64,000 nucleotides of DNA from Candidatus Krumholzibacteriia bacterium. GTDB taxonomy: Bacteria; Krumholzibacteriota; Krumholzibacteriia; JAJRXK01. A program made the translations under genes and the position numbers. Below the pieces are notes generated by a model, which had not been told where the DNA came from, ran no database searches, and was given only the letters and a program-made list of their open reading frames with translations. Numbering within the stretch: the stretch's first letter is position 1; the number at the start of each line of letters is the position of its first letter. The stretch lies in the NCBI GenBank assembly GCA_041484665.1, contig JBGPIA010000001.1, forward strand, positions 896,001-960,000, in the 5' to 3' direction. Shown here piece by piece: positions 9,499 to 19,840 of this stretch.

Positions 9499-11085
9499 AT
9501 GGACGCCAAGATCGCACAGCTGGCCGAGAACTATCGCCCCCTTGCCGTCACGATCCTCAAGGAGGCCATTCGCGTCCCCGCCGACTTCGTCGACCGCCCC
9601 AAGGACGATGGTGGCGACCCTCTGTGCGGGCTGTCGAACCACGAACGGCCGCGGCTGGAGTACCTGCGGCGGATGATCCTGGAGATCGGGGCGGCGGAGC
9701 GCGCCGAGGACGTCCGCTACGACGCGTTCGGCAACCTGCGCTGGACCGTGCGCGACCGCAACGACCGCATCCCCGACGCCCAGAAGAGCGTGATCCTCTG
9801 GGACGGCCACACCGACACCGTGCGCGCGCTGCGCGACCGCTGGCGCGATGCCATCGGCGGCGGAATCGACGCCTACGACGGGTTGAAGGACTGGTCGAAG
9901 GTCGACCGCTCGTTCCTGCGCCGCGAGCTGGGCTATCTGCCGCCCGAGGACGAGTGGCAGAACCTGGTATTCGGGCGCGGCGCTGCCGACCAGCTCAGCG
10001 GCGTCATCTCCCAGATCGTCGCCACCAAGATCCTGCTGGAGACGCGTGGCGAGGGCTCGCTGCGCGGGGCGATCGTCGACAGCGTCGCGACCGTGGCCGA
10101 GGAGGACAACGACGGCGGGGGGTCGATGTTCATCATGCGCAAGGAGCTCGCCGGCGCCGCGCCGGAGCGCATCCCCGACGTCGTCATCCTCACGGAGGGC
10201 ACCGGCTGCTCGCAGCAGGGCGCCGTGGGAATCTACCGCGGGCAGCGCGGGCGCATGCAAATCGAGGTCGAAGTGATCGGCAAGAGCTGTCACGGCAGCA
10301 TGCCCTGGGAAGGGCGCAACCCGCTGGAGTACGGCGCGCCGATCATCGCCGAGGCCGCCGATCGTTACGCCCGCGGCGAGGGCTTCGCCAAGGACGCGTT
10401 CTTGGGCCCGGGCACGCGCACGGCGAGCTGGGCCGTGCTGGACAGCCCCAGCGATTGCGCGGTTCCCGAGCGCTTCACCTTCCGCTTCGACCGCCGCCTG
10501 ACGGCCGGCGAGGAGCCAGAGCAGGCGCGTCAGGACTTCGAGCGCATGACCACCGTGGCGCGGGCGCGCGAGGCGGGGCTGACGGTGAATGTGCGGGTGC
10601 CGTTCTACAGCGAGAAGACCTGGTGCGGCTACACGCCTGGAAACCCGCAGGTCTACCCCGGGTGGGTGACGCCGGAGGACCACCCCGCGATCGTCGCGGC
10701 AGTCGATGCTTACCAGCGCGTCGTGTCGCCGAAGATCGCAGCGGGGGGTGGCGGGGACGGCGCCTCGCGTAGCAGGGAGGGGGCCGCCCGTGGTGCGTCG
10801 GGCGGCACGGCGGGCGCGTTGCGCAAGGAGCCGCGCGTGGCCCGCTGGATCTTCTCCACCGATGGCGTCGGCTTCCCGCTGCGCCGCGATGAGACGCCGT
10901 TCGATCTGGCGCCGTCCAAACGCTGGGTCGGCGTGGGCCCGTATTGGCACCCGGCGATGTTCGGAGTCGGCCCGGGGATCGAGCAGAACACCCACAAGAT
11001 CGGCGAGTGCGTCGACGCGAGGGAGATCTCGGCGGTGATCGCGCTCCTGGCGCGGTTCCCCAGCGCGTACCGCGCGCACCTGTGA
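9499..11085 (+). CDS. ygeY: YgeY-like M20-family hydrolase (selenium metabolism-linked)
   Basis: DGHTDTV, GRGAADQ, VAEEDNDG, IYRGQRGRMQI, SCHGSMP, DRRLTAGE, WIFSTDGV; RBS AAGGAG; follows ygeW. Confidence 0.85.
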   Translation: MDAKIAQLAENYRPLAVTILKEAIRVPADFVDRPKDDGGDPLCGLSNHERPRLEYLRRMILEIGAAERAEDVRYDAFGNLRWTVRDRNDRIPDAQKSVILWDGHTDTVRALRDRWRDAIGGGIDAYDGLKDWSKVDRSFLRRELGYLPPEDEWQNLVFGRGAADQLSGVISQIVATKILLETRGEGSLRGAIVDSVATVAEEDNDGGGSMFIMRKELAGAAPERIPDVVILTEGTGCSQQGAVGIYRGQRGRMQIEVEVIGKSCHGSMPWEGRNPLEYGAPIIAEAADRYARGEGFAKDAFLGPGTRTASWAVLDSPSDCAVPERFTFRFDRRLTAGEEPEQARQDFERMTTVARAREAGLTVNVRVPFYSEKTWCGYTPGNPQVYPGWVTPEDHPAIVAAVDAYQRVVSPKIAAGGGGDGASRSREGAARGASGGTAGALRKEPRVARWIFSTDGVGFPLRRDETPFDLAPSKRWVGVGPYWHPAMFGVGPGIEQNTHKIGECVDAREISAVIALLARFPSAYRAHL

Positions 11086-11316
11086 ACGCGCGCTGATCGT
11101 TCCCAGAGAGTGAGCGAGCCCTCGCCAGTGCCGCCTGGGGGCCGCGCGGCGGTGCGTCGAGGATTCCCGCCCGCCTTGCCATCGTTCCCCGTTTACCGCT
11201 AAGATCATTGCCACGCCGTCCGCCGGGGCCCCCCTGCATCGACTTCCCGGCCGATCGTCGCGCGGCCACGCGTGCGCGTGTGGCTGACCCTGGACCATGC
11301 AGGAGGATCTGACATT

Positions 11317-12849
11317 ATGTCACGCACCCAGCATGTCCGGTCTGTCTCGTTCGCGTCGGGCGTCGCGATTGCAGCGCTCGCTGCAAGTCCGACCGCAGCG
11401 GCAGCGGACGCCCCGAGAGCCGCCGTACTGCGAGTCGCCACCACCCCCGCCCCGCCTCGCGCGCTGCTTCGCGTGCTGCTTCGCGTGCTGCTCTGCGTAC
11501 TGCTCGGCGCGCTCCTGTGCGCACCGATCGCGGCAACTCGCCAGGCTGCGGCCAGCTGCGCGGAGGTCGACGTGGACGGCTCCAAGTGGTGCGGCGGCAT
11601 GATCGCCTTCTATTGGGGCGCCGGCCTCAACGGCAACTGCTCCATCCTGAGCAACCGCCAGTGCTTCTTGTGGCGCAACGCCGTCCGCGCCGCCGTCGAC
11701 GAATGGAACCTGCTGTCCTTCTCCACGTTCAACGCGCCGTTCGAGCTGGTGGAGTCGGGGACGCTGGTGGACGGCGTCCCGCCCGACTTCGGAGTGGTGT
11801 TCACCTTCGGCGATCTGCAGCTGGGGATCTACGCCAACTGCACCCCCGGCGCCGGCTCGACGGGCGAGTCGGGCATGTTCGGGGGCACGGTCTCGCCGGG
11901 CCTGCACTTCGCCTGGACCGAGACCGACTACACCATCCCAGACAACGTGGACATCGCCGTGATCCATCGGGCAGCGGTCCATATCAACGGCGACACACCG
12001 TGGACCGACGGCGTCGGCGGCGGCGTCGATCGCCTGACGGTCGCTCGACACGAGATCGGCCACGTGCTCGGACTGGGTCACGCGTTCGCCGGTACCTGCT
12101 TGATGCAGGAGTTCGGGGGCTGCAGCGAGACCAACGACGTCGACGGCAGCGCCATCGACGCCATGATCTGCCTGTACGGCTCCATCGACGCTGTGAACTG
12201 CGCGCCGCAATTCGGTTTGATCACCTACACCGCCAACGATGGCTCCCCGGGCTTCCTCATCGGATCGTGCGACTGCACGGGCAGCTGCCCGGCGGCCAAG
12301 GCGCAGAAGGTGCCCCATACCTATGAGCTCGCGCTGAGCGAGGCGGGCGGCCCCTACTCGGTCTTCGCGACGCTGCAGCAGAGCGATCTGGTGAATCGCA
12401 GCTATGTCCACCACTTCGCCCAATCGTACAGCTCGGCGCGGATCCGGCTGCGCGTCTACGACGGGGCAACGTTGTTGGACGAAACGCTCAGCAAGTTCGC
12501 GATCGCGATCCAGGCCACGGCCACCGCAGTCGTGCCGCTGCCGCCGCGCGACGCACTCGCACTGAGCGTCGCGCCCAACCCGTTCGCCGGCCAGACGGGG
12601 ATCTCGTTCGATCTGGGCACCGCTGCAGCCGTGGAGGCGTTGGTTTTCGACGCGCGCGGGCGGCGCGTGGCCACCCTGCATGACGGCGTGCTCCAGGCCG
12701 GGCACCAGTTCTTGACCTGGAACGGACGCCTCGCCGGCGGCGCGCGCGCGGCGAGCGGGGTGTACCGGTGCGTCGTGCGCACGGGCGATCCGGCGCAGGG
12801 CATCGCCCCGGGCACCGAGGCATCCGCACAGCTCGTGCTGCTCCACTGA
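11317..12849 (+). CDS. secreted matrixin/M10-like zinc metallopeptidase with C-terminal FlgD Ig-like domain
   Basis: HEIGHVLGLGH zinc motif with Met-turn (CLM); C-terminal APNPFAGQT...FDARGRRVATL...WNGR...ASGVY; start uncertain. Confidence 0.8.
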   Translation: MSRTQHVRSVSFASGVAIAALAASPTAAAADAPRAAVLRVATTPAPPRALLRVLLRVLLCVLLGALLCAPIAATRQAAASCAEVDVDGSKWCGGMIAFYWGAGLNGNCSILSNRQCFLWRNAVRAAVDEWNLLSFSTFNAPFELVESGTLVDGVPPDFGVVFTFGDLQLGIYANCTPGAGSTGESGMFGGTVSPGLHFAWTETDYTIPDNVDIAVIHRAAVHINGDTPWTDGVGGGVDRLTVARHEIGHVLGLGHAFAGTCLMQEFGGCSETNDVDGSAIDAMICLYGSIDAVNCAPQFGLITYTANDGSPGFLIGSCDCTGSCPAAKAQKVPHTYELALSEAGGPYSVFATLQQSDLVNRSYVHHFAQSYSSARIRLRVYDGATLLDETLSKFAIAIQATATAVVPLPPRDALALSVAPNPFAGQTGISFDLGTAAAVEALVFDARGRRVATLHDGVLQAGHQFLTWNGRLAGGARAASGVYRCVVRTGDPAQGIAPGTEASAQLVLLH

Positions 12850-12966
12850 AGCAGCCGGTGGCGTCGCCGCACCACGACTTAGGAAATCGGCCCTCGAAGC
12901 CAACACGCGGCGGAGTGCGGAACCAGGATTCCCCGAGACGAGCGGGCGACGAACGGACAAAATAGG

Positions 12967-13074
12967 GCGTCCGATCGACGCATCGTCATCGCCGCGTCCG
13001 ACCGATGCCTGGCCATCGCTGCGTCCGATCGATGCATCGTGATGGCTGCGTCCGATCGACGCATCATTGCCCCC
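12967..13074. repeat. 4 x 27-bp tandem repeat with palindromic core GCGTCCGATCGAYGC
   Basis: Units start at 12967, 12994, 13021 and 13048; about 18 conserved plus 9 variable bp. Confidence 0.85.
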
Positions 13075-13092
13075 GTCGTGCCTGGAGGTCGA

Positions 13093-14439
13093 ATGGCGCC
13101 GACGAACGAGCGCCGCGCGCTCGCGGTCGTGCTGAGCGCGCTCCTCATCGACACCATCGGGTTCGGCATCATCATCCCAGTGATGCCCGATCTCATCGTG
13201 GGCCTCACCCACACGTCGTTGGGCGAGGCCGCCCGGCGGTCTGGCTGGCTCATGGGTGTGTTCGCCGCGATGCAGTTTCTGTTCGGTCCGGTGATGGGTG
13301 GACTGGGTGACCGCTTCGGCCGCCGGCCCGTGATCATCCTGTGCATGCTCACGTTCGGGCTCGACTATCTCGTCATGGGTCTCGCACCGACGTTCGGCTG
13401 GCTGTTCGTGAGCCGTGCCGTGGCCGGCATCAGCGGCGCGACGTTCGTGCCCGCGAGCGCTTACATCGCGGATATCACGCCGCCGGAGCGACGCGCGCAG
13501 AGCTTCGGGTTGATCGGAGCCGCATTCGGGTTGGGCTTCACCATCGGGCCCGCCATCGGCGGCCTGCTGGGCGGCTTTGGCACGCGTGCGCCGTTCTTCG
13601 TGGCTGCCGGTCTCGCTCTGATCAACGCGATGTGCGGCCTCTTCCTGCTGCCAGAATCCCTGCCCCCGGAGCGGCGCCGGGCGTTCCAGATCAAGCGCGC
13701 AAACCCGTTCGGCACGTTCGCCTCGCTTGCCCGCCACCACGGAGCGATGCCTCTGTTCGCCGCTTGGTTCCTGTGGATGCTGGCGCACCAGTCGTATCCC
13801 TCGACGTGGGCTTTCTTCACCAAGCTCAAGTTCGGCTGGAGCGACCACGCCGTCGGCGCATCTCTCGCGTACGCTGGGTTCACCCTGGCCCTGGCCCAGG
13901 CGTTCGTGACGCGACGCTTGATCCCCGCCATCGGCGAGCGGCGCGCGATCCTGCTCGGCCTCGGCATCGGGCTGGTGGGGTTCCTCGGGAACGCACTCGT
14001 GCCACAGGGCTGGATGGTTTACCTAGTCCTAAGCGTCGCAGCGCTGCAAGGCCTCGTGTATCCCTCGATGAACTCCACGCTGTCGCGCTCCGTGGCCGCC
14101 AACGAGCAGGGCGAGTTGCAGGGCGGCGTCGCCAGCCTGCAGAGCGTGAGCGCGATCGTCGGCCCGCCCGTCCTCACCGGCGTGCTCGCGCGCTTCACCC
14201 GTGAGGGCGCCACCGTGCGATTCCCGGGTGCAGCGTTCGCCGTGGCAGCGGCGCTCACGGCGTGCGCCTTCGTGATCGTGGCGTTTCTGGCGCGCAAGAT
14301 CTTCGCGCGGAGCGCGGCGGCGTGGCAAGCCTCGGCGGCTGCGGCCGCGACATCCGAGGCGGTCTCGACGGAGGGTTCCGCGTCAGCGGGGACGCGCGTC
14401 ACCGGCAGCAGGTCAGTGCCGAGCGCGAACCCGCCGTAG
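13093..14439 (+). CDS. TCR/Tet family MFS efflux transporter
   Basis: DTIGFGIIIPVMP, motif A GGLGDRFGRRP, AYIADITPPERR, motif C GFTIGPAIGG; RBS GGAGG. Confidence 0.92.
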   Translation: MAPTNERRALAVVLSALLIDTIGFGIIIPVMPDLIVGLTHTSLGEAARRSGWLMGVFAAMQFLFGPVMGGLGDRFGRRPVIILCMLTFGLDYLVMGLAPTFGWLFVSRAVAGISGATFVPASAYIADITPPERRAQSFGLIGAAFGLGFTIGPAIGGLLGGFGTRAPFFVAAGLALINAMCGLFLLPESLPPERRRAFQIKRANPFGTFASLARHHGAMPLFAAWFLWMLAHQSYPSTWAFFTKLKFGWSDHAVGASLAYAGFTLALAQAFVTRRLIPAIGERRAILLGLGIGLVGFLGNALVPQGWMVYLVLSVAALQGLVYPSMNSTLSRSVAANEQGELQGGVASLQSVSAIVGPPVLTGVLARFTREGATVRFPGAAFAVAAALTACAFVIVAFLARKIFARSAAAWQASAAAAATSEAVSTEGSASAGTRVTGSRSVPSANPP

Positions 14440-14633
14440 GCGGAATCGACCCACAACGAGCCGATCGTAGCCCACCGCCTGCCGACTCTCGAGCAGCACG
14501 CACTCGCTGGAGGTGAGTCCGGTGGTCGCCTTCTACGCGGCGGGTGTGGCGGATGTCCGCGCCGGCGGTGCCATCGAGCGCGGGGCACCTGCCCCCCTGC
14601 AGCCACCCGCGTCGCCCCCTGGCGTCGATTTCG

Positions 14634-15506
14634 TCAGGCCGTCATGATGACGACGTGCTTGACGGTTCGAAACGTCTTCGGATCGAGGATGTGAAGCTCC
14701 AGCTGCCCCCCGACCAGCTGCAACTCGTAGCTCGCTGGAGGCTGGTCGCTGAGGACGTTCGCCTTGGCCGAGGGAATATAGATGACGGTTTGCTGATCGG
14801 TATCCAGTGCCGTGAACTTGTTTTCGTCGATCTGGCCCGTCAGTTTCAGCGTCCTGCCCAGCCCGAGCACACCGCCTTTGGCCACGATCAGCCCAGCGGT
14901 CAGCAGGTCCTTCCTGGAGCCGATCGTGTAGTAGATCGTTCCCAACTCGCGGCGTGAGTCTTCGATGGTCACCGCTTGGGCCTGGATCGTCTGCTTGTTC
15001 TCCTGAACGTCGGCTACGAGGCCGGTGACTTGCGTCTCGAGTGCGCCCACGCGTTGCGTGAGTTGAGCGACGAGCGCCTCCTTCTCGGCCACCGACTTTC
15101 GGAGGTTCTGGATCATCCTGTCCAGGCCGGCGATCTTGACGCCGCTCTTCTGCAGTTTGGCGTCCAGATCCTGGATCTTGTCCTTGGTGCGCTCGATGCC
15201 CGCCTTGATTATGGAGATGCGAGCCATAGCTTCATCTCCGCGGCTCTGCGACAGGCGCTGCTCTGCGTCGAGCTGGGTTGCAAGCACTTGCACGCCGTCG
15301 TCACCGAGGGCGATGACGTTCAGGCTGTCCTGGATGGCGGCGATCTCGTCGATGGCTTGTCCGTAGCGGTCACGCGTCGCCTGCTCATCGGCCTGAAGCG
15401 TGGCGTAGTTCGACGAGCTCTTCTGGAGCTTCTGGTAGAGCACCACGGTCGCACCGAGAAGGGCGACGATTGCAACGAACAGGGCGAACAGCACGGGCTT
15501 GCGCAT
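14634..15506 (-). CDS. membrane-anchored coiled-coil hypothetical protein
   Basis: N-terminal TM helix, long heptad region and a C-terminal beta-rich domain (YYTIGSRKDL...GGVLGLG); RBS GGAGA. Confidence 0.8.
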   Translation of the reverse strand: MRKPVLFALFVAIVALLGATVVLYQKLQKSSSNYATLQADEQATRDRYGQAIDEIAAIQDSLNVIALGDDGVQVLATQLDAEQRLSQSRGDEAMARISIIKAGIERTKDKIQDLDAKLQKSGVKIAGLDRMIQNLRKSVAEKEALVAQLTQRVGALETQVTGLVADVQENKQTIQAQAVTIEDSRRELGTIYYTIGSRKDLLTAGLIVAKGGVLGLGRTLKLTGQIDENKFTALDTDQQTVIYIPSAKANVLSDQPPASYELQLVGGQLELHILDPKTFRTVKHVVIMTA

Positions 15507-15779
15507 GACGTCTTCTCCTTCGTTTGCGCGATCGTCGAGCTCGATCGGGGCGCGGCGGCCGATCACCGACGTCCCGGGAGTGTGGTCGGACGATCCGGGC
15601 GTCAAGCTACCCAATGCGGGGCGCCCCCGCCAGACTGGCGGCCCTCCGTCAGGCCACGTGCAATCCCTTATAGTAGCTGTCGCACACCGCCGCGAGCGAG
15701 GGAGTGGGATTGTCAAGGGATGGGACCCGCGGGTAGCATGGCCGCGCCATGGCCCTCACCCACCGCAAGGGGAACCCCG

Positions 15780-16832
15780 ATGCCGAGTCTGCCCGCCCGA
15801 CCCCCGCTCCCTGATTGGGACAGCCTCGGCTTTTCGTTCGTTCAAACGGACGCGATCTGGGTCGTGGAGGGCGACGGACGGAACGAACCCGTCTGGGGCG
15901 CGGGTGCGGTCCGTTCGTTCGCGCCCCTCGAGATCTCTCCGGCTGCCGCCATCTTCAGTTACGGGCACGGCATCTTCGAGGGGCTCAAGGTCCGCCGCGC
16001 CGCTGACGGCCGCGTGCTGGCGTTCCGCCTCACGGCCCACGCCTCGAGGTTCCAGCGGTCGGCGGCGCGGCTGCTCATGATCCCGTTTCCGGAGGAGCGG
16101 TTCATCGACGCCGTCGAAGAGTTCGTCCGGTCGAACTTCAGGTTCGTGCCACCCGCGGGCAGGGGGTCGCTCTACGTCCGGCCATTGCAGCATGCCATCG
16201 ATCCGAAGCTCGGCCACGGCGCGTGCGAACGGTTTCGCGTCCTGATGTTCGGGAGCCCCGTCGGGAGCTTCTTTACGCCCGAGCGCGCTGCGACAGGGCT
16301 GCGGCTTCGTGTGGTGCGCCGCAGTCGCGCCGCAGTGGGAGGAACCGGTGCGGCGAAGGCCATCGGAAACTACGCAGGCGGGCTCGCCGTCAACGCAGAG
16401 TGGCGGGCGCAGGGCTTCGACGAGGTCCTCTACCTGGACGCGCGCCGCCTCGAGCACATCACCGAGACCAGCGGCGCCAATGTGTTCGTGCGCCTGCACG
16501 ACGGTACGCTCGCCACGCCGCCTGCCGACGACCAGATCCTCGCCGGGATCACGCGGGATTCGGTGATACGCATCGCCCGCGATAGCCTTGGTCTGCGTGT
16601 CGCCGAGCGCCCCATCCCGCTGCTCGAGATCCTCGAGGATGCCGTCGAGATGTTTTGCACCGGCACGGCGTGGACGGTCCAGAGTATTGCTGAAGTCGTG
16701 GCCGACGAAGGTGCACGCGTCTTCCGCACCCGGGAGGTCGCCGACGCCGTGCTCGCGCCGCTGCGAGCGATCCAGCGCGGCGCCGCGCCCGACCCATTCA
16801 GCTGGACCCGCGAGATCGAAGGGGCCGGCTAG
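15780..16832 (+). CDS. ilvE: branched-chain amino acid aminotransferase (class IV PLP)
   Basis: YGHGIFEGLK, SLYVRP, GTGAAKAIGNYAG, ETSGAN, ILAGITRDS, TGTA. Confidence 0.88.
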   Translation: MPSLPARPPLPDWDSLGFSFVQTDAIWVVEGDGRNEPVWGAGAVRSFAPLEISPAAAIFSYGHGIFEGLKVRRAADGRVLAFRLTAHASRFQRSAARLLMIPFPEERFIDAVEEFVRSNFRFVPPAGRGSLYVRPLQHAIDPKLGHGACERFRVLMFGSPVGSFFTPERAATGLRLRVVRRSRAAVGGTGAAKAIGNYAGGLAVNAEWRAQGFDEVLYLDARRLEHITETSGANVFVRLHDGTLATPPADDQILAGITRDSVIRIARDSLGLRVAERPIPLLEILEDAVEMFCTGTAWTVQSIAEVVADEGARVFRTREVADAVLAPLRAIQRGAAPDPFSWTREIEGAG

Positions 16833-17941
16833 GGAGGGGTCGCAAAGCCGTCCATCAGCTCGATATAGGCCGCACGGACCCGCTCGACATAGCGAAGGAG
16901 CTTCGGCAGGTCCTCCAACCGCAGGGCCTGGCCTCCGTCGCAGAGCGCCTTCTCGGGGCGCGGGTGGAAATCGACGAGCACGTTGGTGGCCCCCGCGATG
17001 ATGCCCTGCCCCACAACGTGGAAGATGTCCGGGATCCCGTCCGGCCCCAGGGCCATTCGCCCCACGCTGTGCGACGGGTCGACGCAAATCGGAAGCCGCG
17101 ACTGCCGCCTCACCACGGGGATGTGCGCGAAGTCCACGAGGTTGCGGTGTGGGTCGCCGAGGTGTGTCTTCACGCCGCGCAGGCAGAAGACGATGTTGGG
17201 GTTTCCTTCGTGGGCGATGTACTCGCAGGCATTCAGCGATTCCTCGAGCGTGATTCCCATGCCTCGCTTGAAAAGGACAGGGAACTCGCGCTGCTGGCCG
17301 ACGCTCTTCAGCAGCTCGAAGTTCTGCGAGTTGCGGGTCCCGACCTGGAGCAAGACGCCTGTGGGGCGGCCCGCGGCCTCAAGCGCGCCGCGGATCTCAT
17401 CGATGTGACGCTCGTTGGTCGCCTCCATGGCGATGACGCGTATCCCATGCTTTCCGGCCAGCTCGAAAACCCAAGGCAAGCACCCAGCGCCGAGCCCCTG
17501 GAAATCGTACGGGCTCGTGCGTGGTTTGTAGGCTCCCATGCGTGCCGTGGTGATGCCGTGGGTTGCGAGCGAGGCCATCATGGCGTCGACGTACTCGGGC
17601 GAATCCACGGCGCAAAGGCCCGCGAACACATGGACGTCACGATCGCCGAAGCGGACACCGTTGTACGTGAACTCGAAGGTGCGGGTACGCGGGTCATGGC
17701 GGCCGATCAGCCGGTATCGCGCTGCGACGCGCACAACCCGAAGCACGCCCGGCACGTCCTCGAACGGCTCCGCTGGGATCGATCCCGTGGGGCCAATGAG
17801 ATGCAGTTCGGTGAAGCGGTGCCGGTCACCTGCGAACTCATACAGCCGTGCCGACACGTCGGGGTAACGCGCCAGGATCTCACCGAGCCGGCGCACCACC
17901 GCGGCCGCGTCGGCGAGGTCGGGCTCCAGGACGACGATCAT
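16829..17941 (-). CDS. aroF: DAHP synthase (type I-beta) with N-terminal regulatory domain
   Basis: GAYKPRTSPYDFQGLG, QVGTRNSQNFELL, PVLFKRG, VDPSHS. Confidence 0.9.
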   Translation of the reverse strand: MIVVLEPDLADAAAVVRRLGEILARYPDVSARLYEFAGDRHRFTELHLIGPTGSIPAEPFEDVPGVLRVVRVAARYRLIGRHDPRTRTFEFTYNGVRFGDRDVHVFAGLCAVDSPEYVDAMMASLATHGITTARMGAYKPRTSPYDFQGLGAGCLPWVFELAGKHGIRVIAMEATNERHIDEIRGALEAAGRPTGVLLQVGTRNSQNFELLKSVGQQREFPVLFKRGMGITLEESLNACEYIAHEGNPNIVFCLRGVKTHLGDPHRNLVDFAHIPVVRRQSRLPICVDPSHSVGRMALGPDGIPDIFHVVGQGIIAGATNVLVDFHPRPEKALCDGGQALRLEDLPKLLRYVERVRAAYIELMDGFATPP

Positions 17942-19011
17942 GGCGCCTCTCCTTTGGGGGGCTTCTGCTGGACGGCGCGGGAGAAGCGGAGGATCTCCTG
18001 GAAGATCTCGTCGATCGCATCGGGATCGAGGCCTTCCTCAGCGGCCCAGCGACGGCGTTCGATGCGGAGCTCCTTCTCGCGATGGAGATCCCGGACCGGC
18101 TGTCCCGCGAGTGCCTTGGCCCGGCCCGCACGGCGCGCGAGCTGCTCGCGCCGGGCGAGCAGTTGCACGAGCTCGCGGTCGGTGTCGTCGATCAGCTCTC
18201 GCGTCTCCCGGAGGTCGGGCGCGCGGTCCCCGAGATTCTGGATTTCGAGGCGCGGGCCTGCGGACGTGCTCTCCGCCGTGGCGGTGCCCAGCCGCTGGTG
18301 GATCTCGGTAAGGGCCGCGAGCAGGCGCTCGCGCGCCTGCGCGGCGAACGGATTGTCGTTCTGGATGGTGTAGAAGAGGTGGGCGGCGTCCGAGCGCACG
18401 GCATCGATCGTCCGGGCCATCGCCCGAAACGACGGAGGTGTGAAGGGAAGGCTCGCTCCGGCTCCAATGTCCAGAAGGCCCTTCGCCACGAAGAACGCCA
18501 GAGCGTGCGTACCAGCCATGATCCGGTCATGCTCCTCAGAGTCCTGCTCGATGACCTGACACCCGAGCCGCTCCCAGTAACGCCGCGCCTCGGCCGCGGC
18601 GTTGGGATGGAGGGAATTGGGACAGACCACCACCGCGAGGGGACGCTCGCCGAGCGCGATGCTCGTCGGGCCGAAGAGCGGGTGTGTCGCCACCCACGGG
18701 ATCGTGGCGCCGAGCACCTCCGTGAGATCCCGGACCGGGGTGCGCTTCACGCTCGAGATGTCCAGGACGAGCTGGTGGGGTGTGAGATGGGGTCGGAGCG
18801 ACACCGCCGCCTCGCGGACCTCGGAGACGGGGACGCAGAGCACGACGCGAGCGGCTCCCCGGACGAGCTCGCCGGGCGAGCCTGCCCGAAGCCGCGCCGG
18901 CACCTCGGCCGTCCGGTCCCAGGCGCGGACCCCCATCCCGGCGTCCGTCATCAACTCTGCCATCCCACGGCCGAACCGGCCGTAGCCGAGGATGGCGGTT
19001 GTATCGTTCAT
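17938..19011 (-). CDS. tyrA: prephenate dehydrogenase fused to a C-terminal chorismate mutase domain
   Basis: GYGRFG Rossmann motif, DISSVK, THPLFGP, EEHDRIMA; C-terminal AroQ-like LRETRELIDDTDRELVQLLARR...VRDLHRE. Confidence 0.88.
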   Translation of the reverse strand: MNDTTAILGYGRFGRGMAELMTDAGMGVRAWDRTAEVPARLRAGSPGELVRGAARVVLCVPVSEVREAAVSLRPHLTPHQLVLDISSVKRTPVRDLTEVLGATIPWVATHPLFGPTSIALGERPLAVVVCPNSLHPNAAAEARRYWERLGCQVIEQDSEEHDRIMAGTHALAFFVAKGLLDIGAGASLPFTPPSFRAMARTIDAVRSDAAHLFYTIQNDNPFAAQARERLLAALTEIHQRLGTATAESTSAGPRLEIQNLGDRAPDLRETRELIDDTDRELVQLLARREQLARRAGRAKALAGQPVRDLHREKELRIERRRWAAEEGLDPDAIDEIFQEILRFSRAVQQKPPKGEAP

Positions 19012-19378
19012 CGTCCCGGTCTCCGAGCTCTGGATCGACAGGCCAACCGAGGATGGACATGGTCGATGATCCCGCCGACCGAAGGCACGCGCCTCAGGGC
19101 GTTGTCGGATCGATGGACGCCGCGGTCACCTGGCACTCGTGGATCTTCGCTCCCTCCCCGTTGCGGACCGTCCACGACTCAGCGAATGGAGCCACGTGCA
19201 TCTCACCCTCGCCGAGTCCGTGGTGATGGCTGCGGATGATGACGGGGTCGGATGATAGGCGATCTCATGTGCGCAACGCCAGCGTGCGGCGAGCCGGTGG
19301 AGGCGCTGGGCCCCCGCCGAGGGCGAGGATCCGCGCGTGCGCCAGGGCTGCGCGCTGGCCGGGGTCAGTTTGGCAGGC

Positions 19379-19435
19379 ATGCACCTGCAGACGATCATGA
19401 TCAGGACGCGGGGCCCGGCCCTCGTCGAGATCGTT
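19379..19435 (+). pseudogene. possible N-terminal remnant of a YjbQ-family gene
   Basis: MHLQTIMIRTRGPALVEI resembles YjbQ N-termini, then similarity is lost; very short. Confidence 0.3.
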
Positions 19436-19759
19436 CGGTCAATTCCAGCACAGCGTGATCTTGGCCCGGCGGCCCGGGTGTTGACCCGTGGCCGCAAGAA
19501 TTCCTTCCGCGGCCACCACGCGCACATGCTCGACACGCAAGCCGCCTCTCAAGCGACACGCCCGCGCGTTCTCACCGCGCCCCCCGCCTGACGCGACCCC
19601 CAGGGCGGCGACCAACGGCCCCCCGAGCGCTGCCCCAGGGCCCAGAGAGCAGCCCGGCTACCAGCGCGGATACACTGCACCATTCGCCCGCCACCGGTCC
19701 AACTTCCGCTTGCCAGCAGTATGCACGGGCTCTACTGTCCCCTTCTCCTCTCCCTCCGA

Positions 19760-19776
19760 CTGGCACAGTTATTGCG
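19760..19776 (+). promoter_or_regulatory. sigma-54 -24/-12 promoter
   Basis: CTGGCACAGTTATTGCG: GG-N10-GC with TGGCAC and TTGC consensus, about 65 bp upstream of CDS 19841. Confidence 0.75.
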
Positions 19777-19840
19777 CCGACCTCGATCTCGTACATGGTG
19801 CTCCTCCTGTTCGCCCCACTTGGGATCGAGGTGAGCGTCT

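Noticed and set aside
12967..13074. CRISPR array
   Set aside because: Variable parts are only 9 bp, repeats are degenerate and there are no cas genes.
19012..19300. Attenuator leader peptide for tyrA-aroF
   Set aside because: Short upstream ORFs lack Tyr/Phe/Trp runs and there is no terminator with a U-tract.
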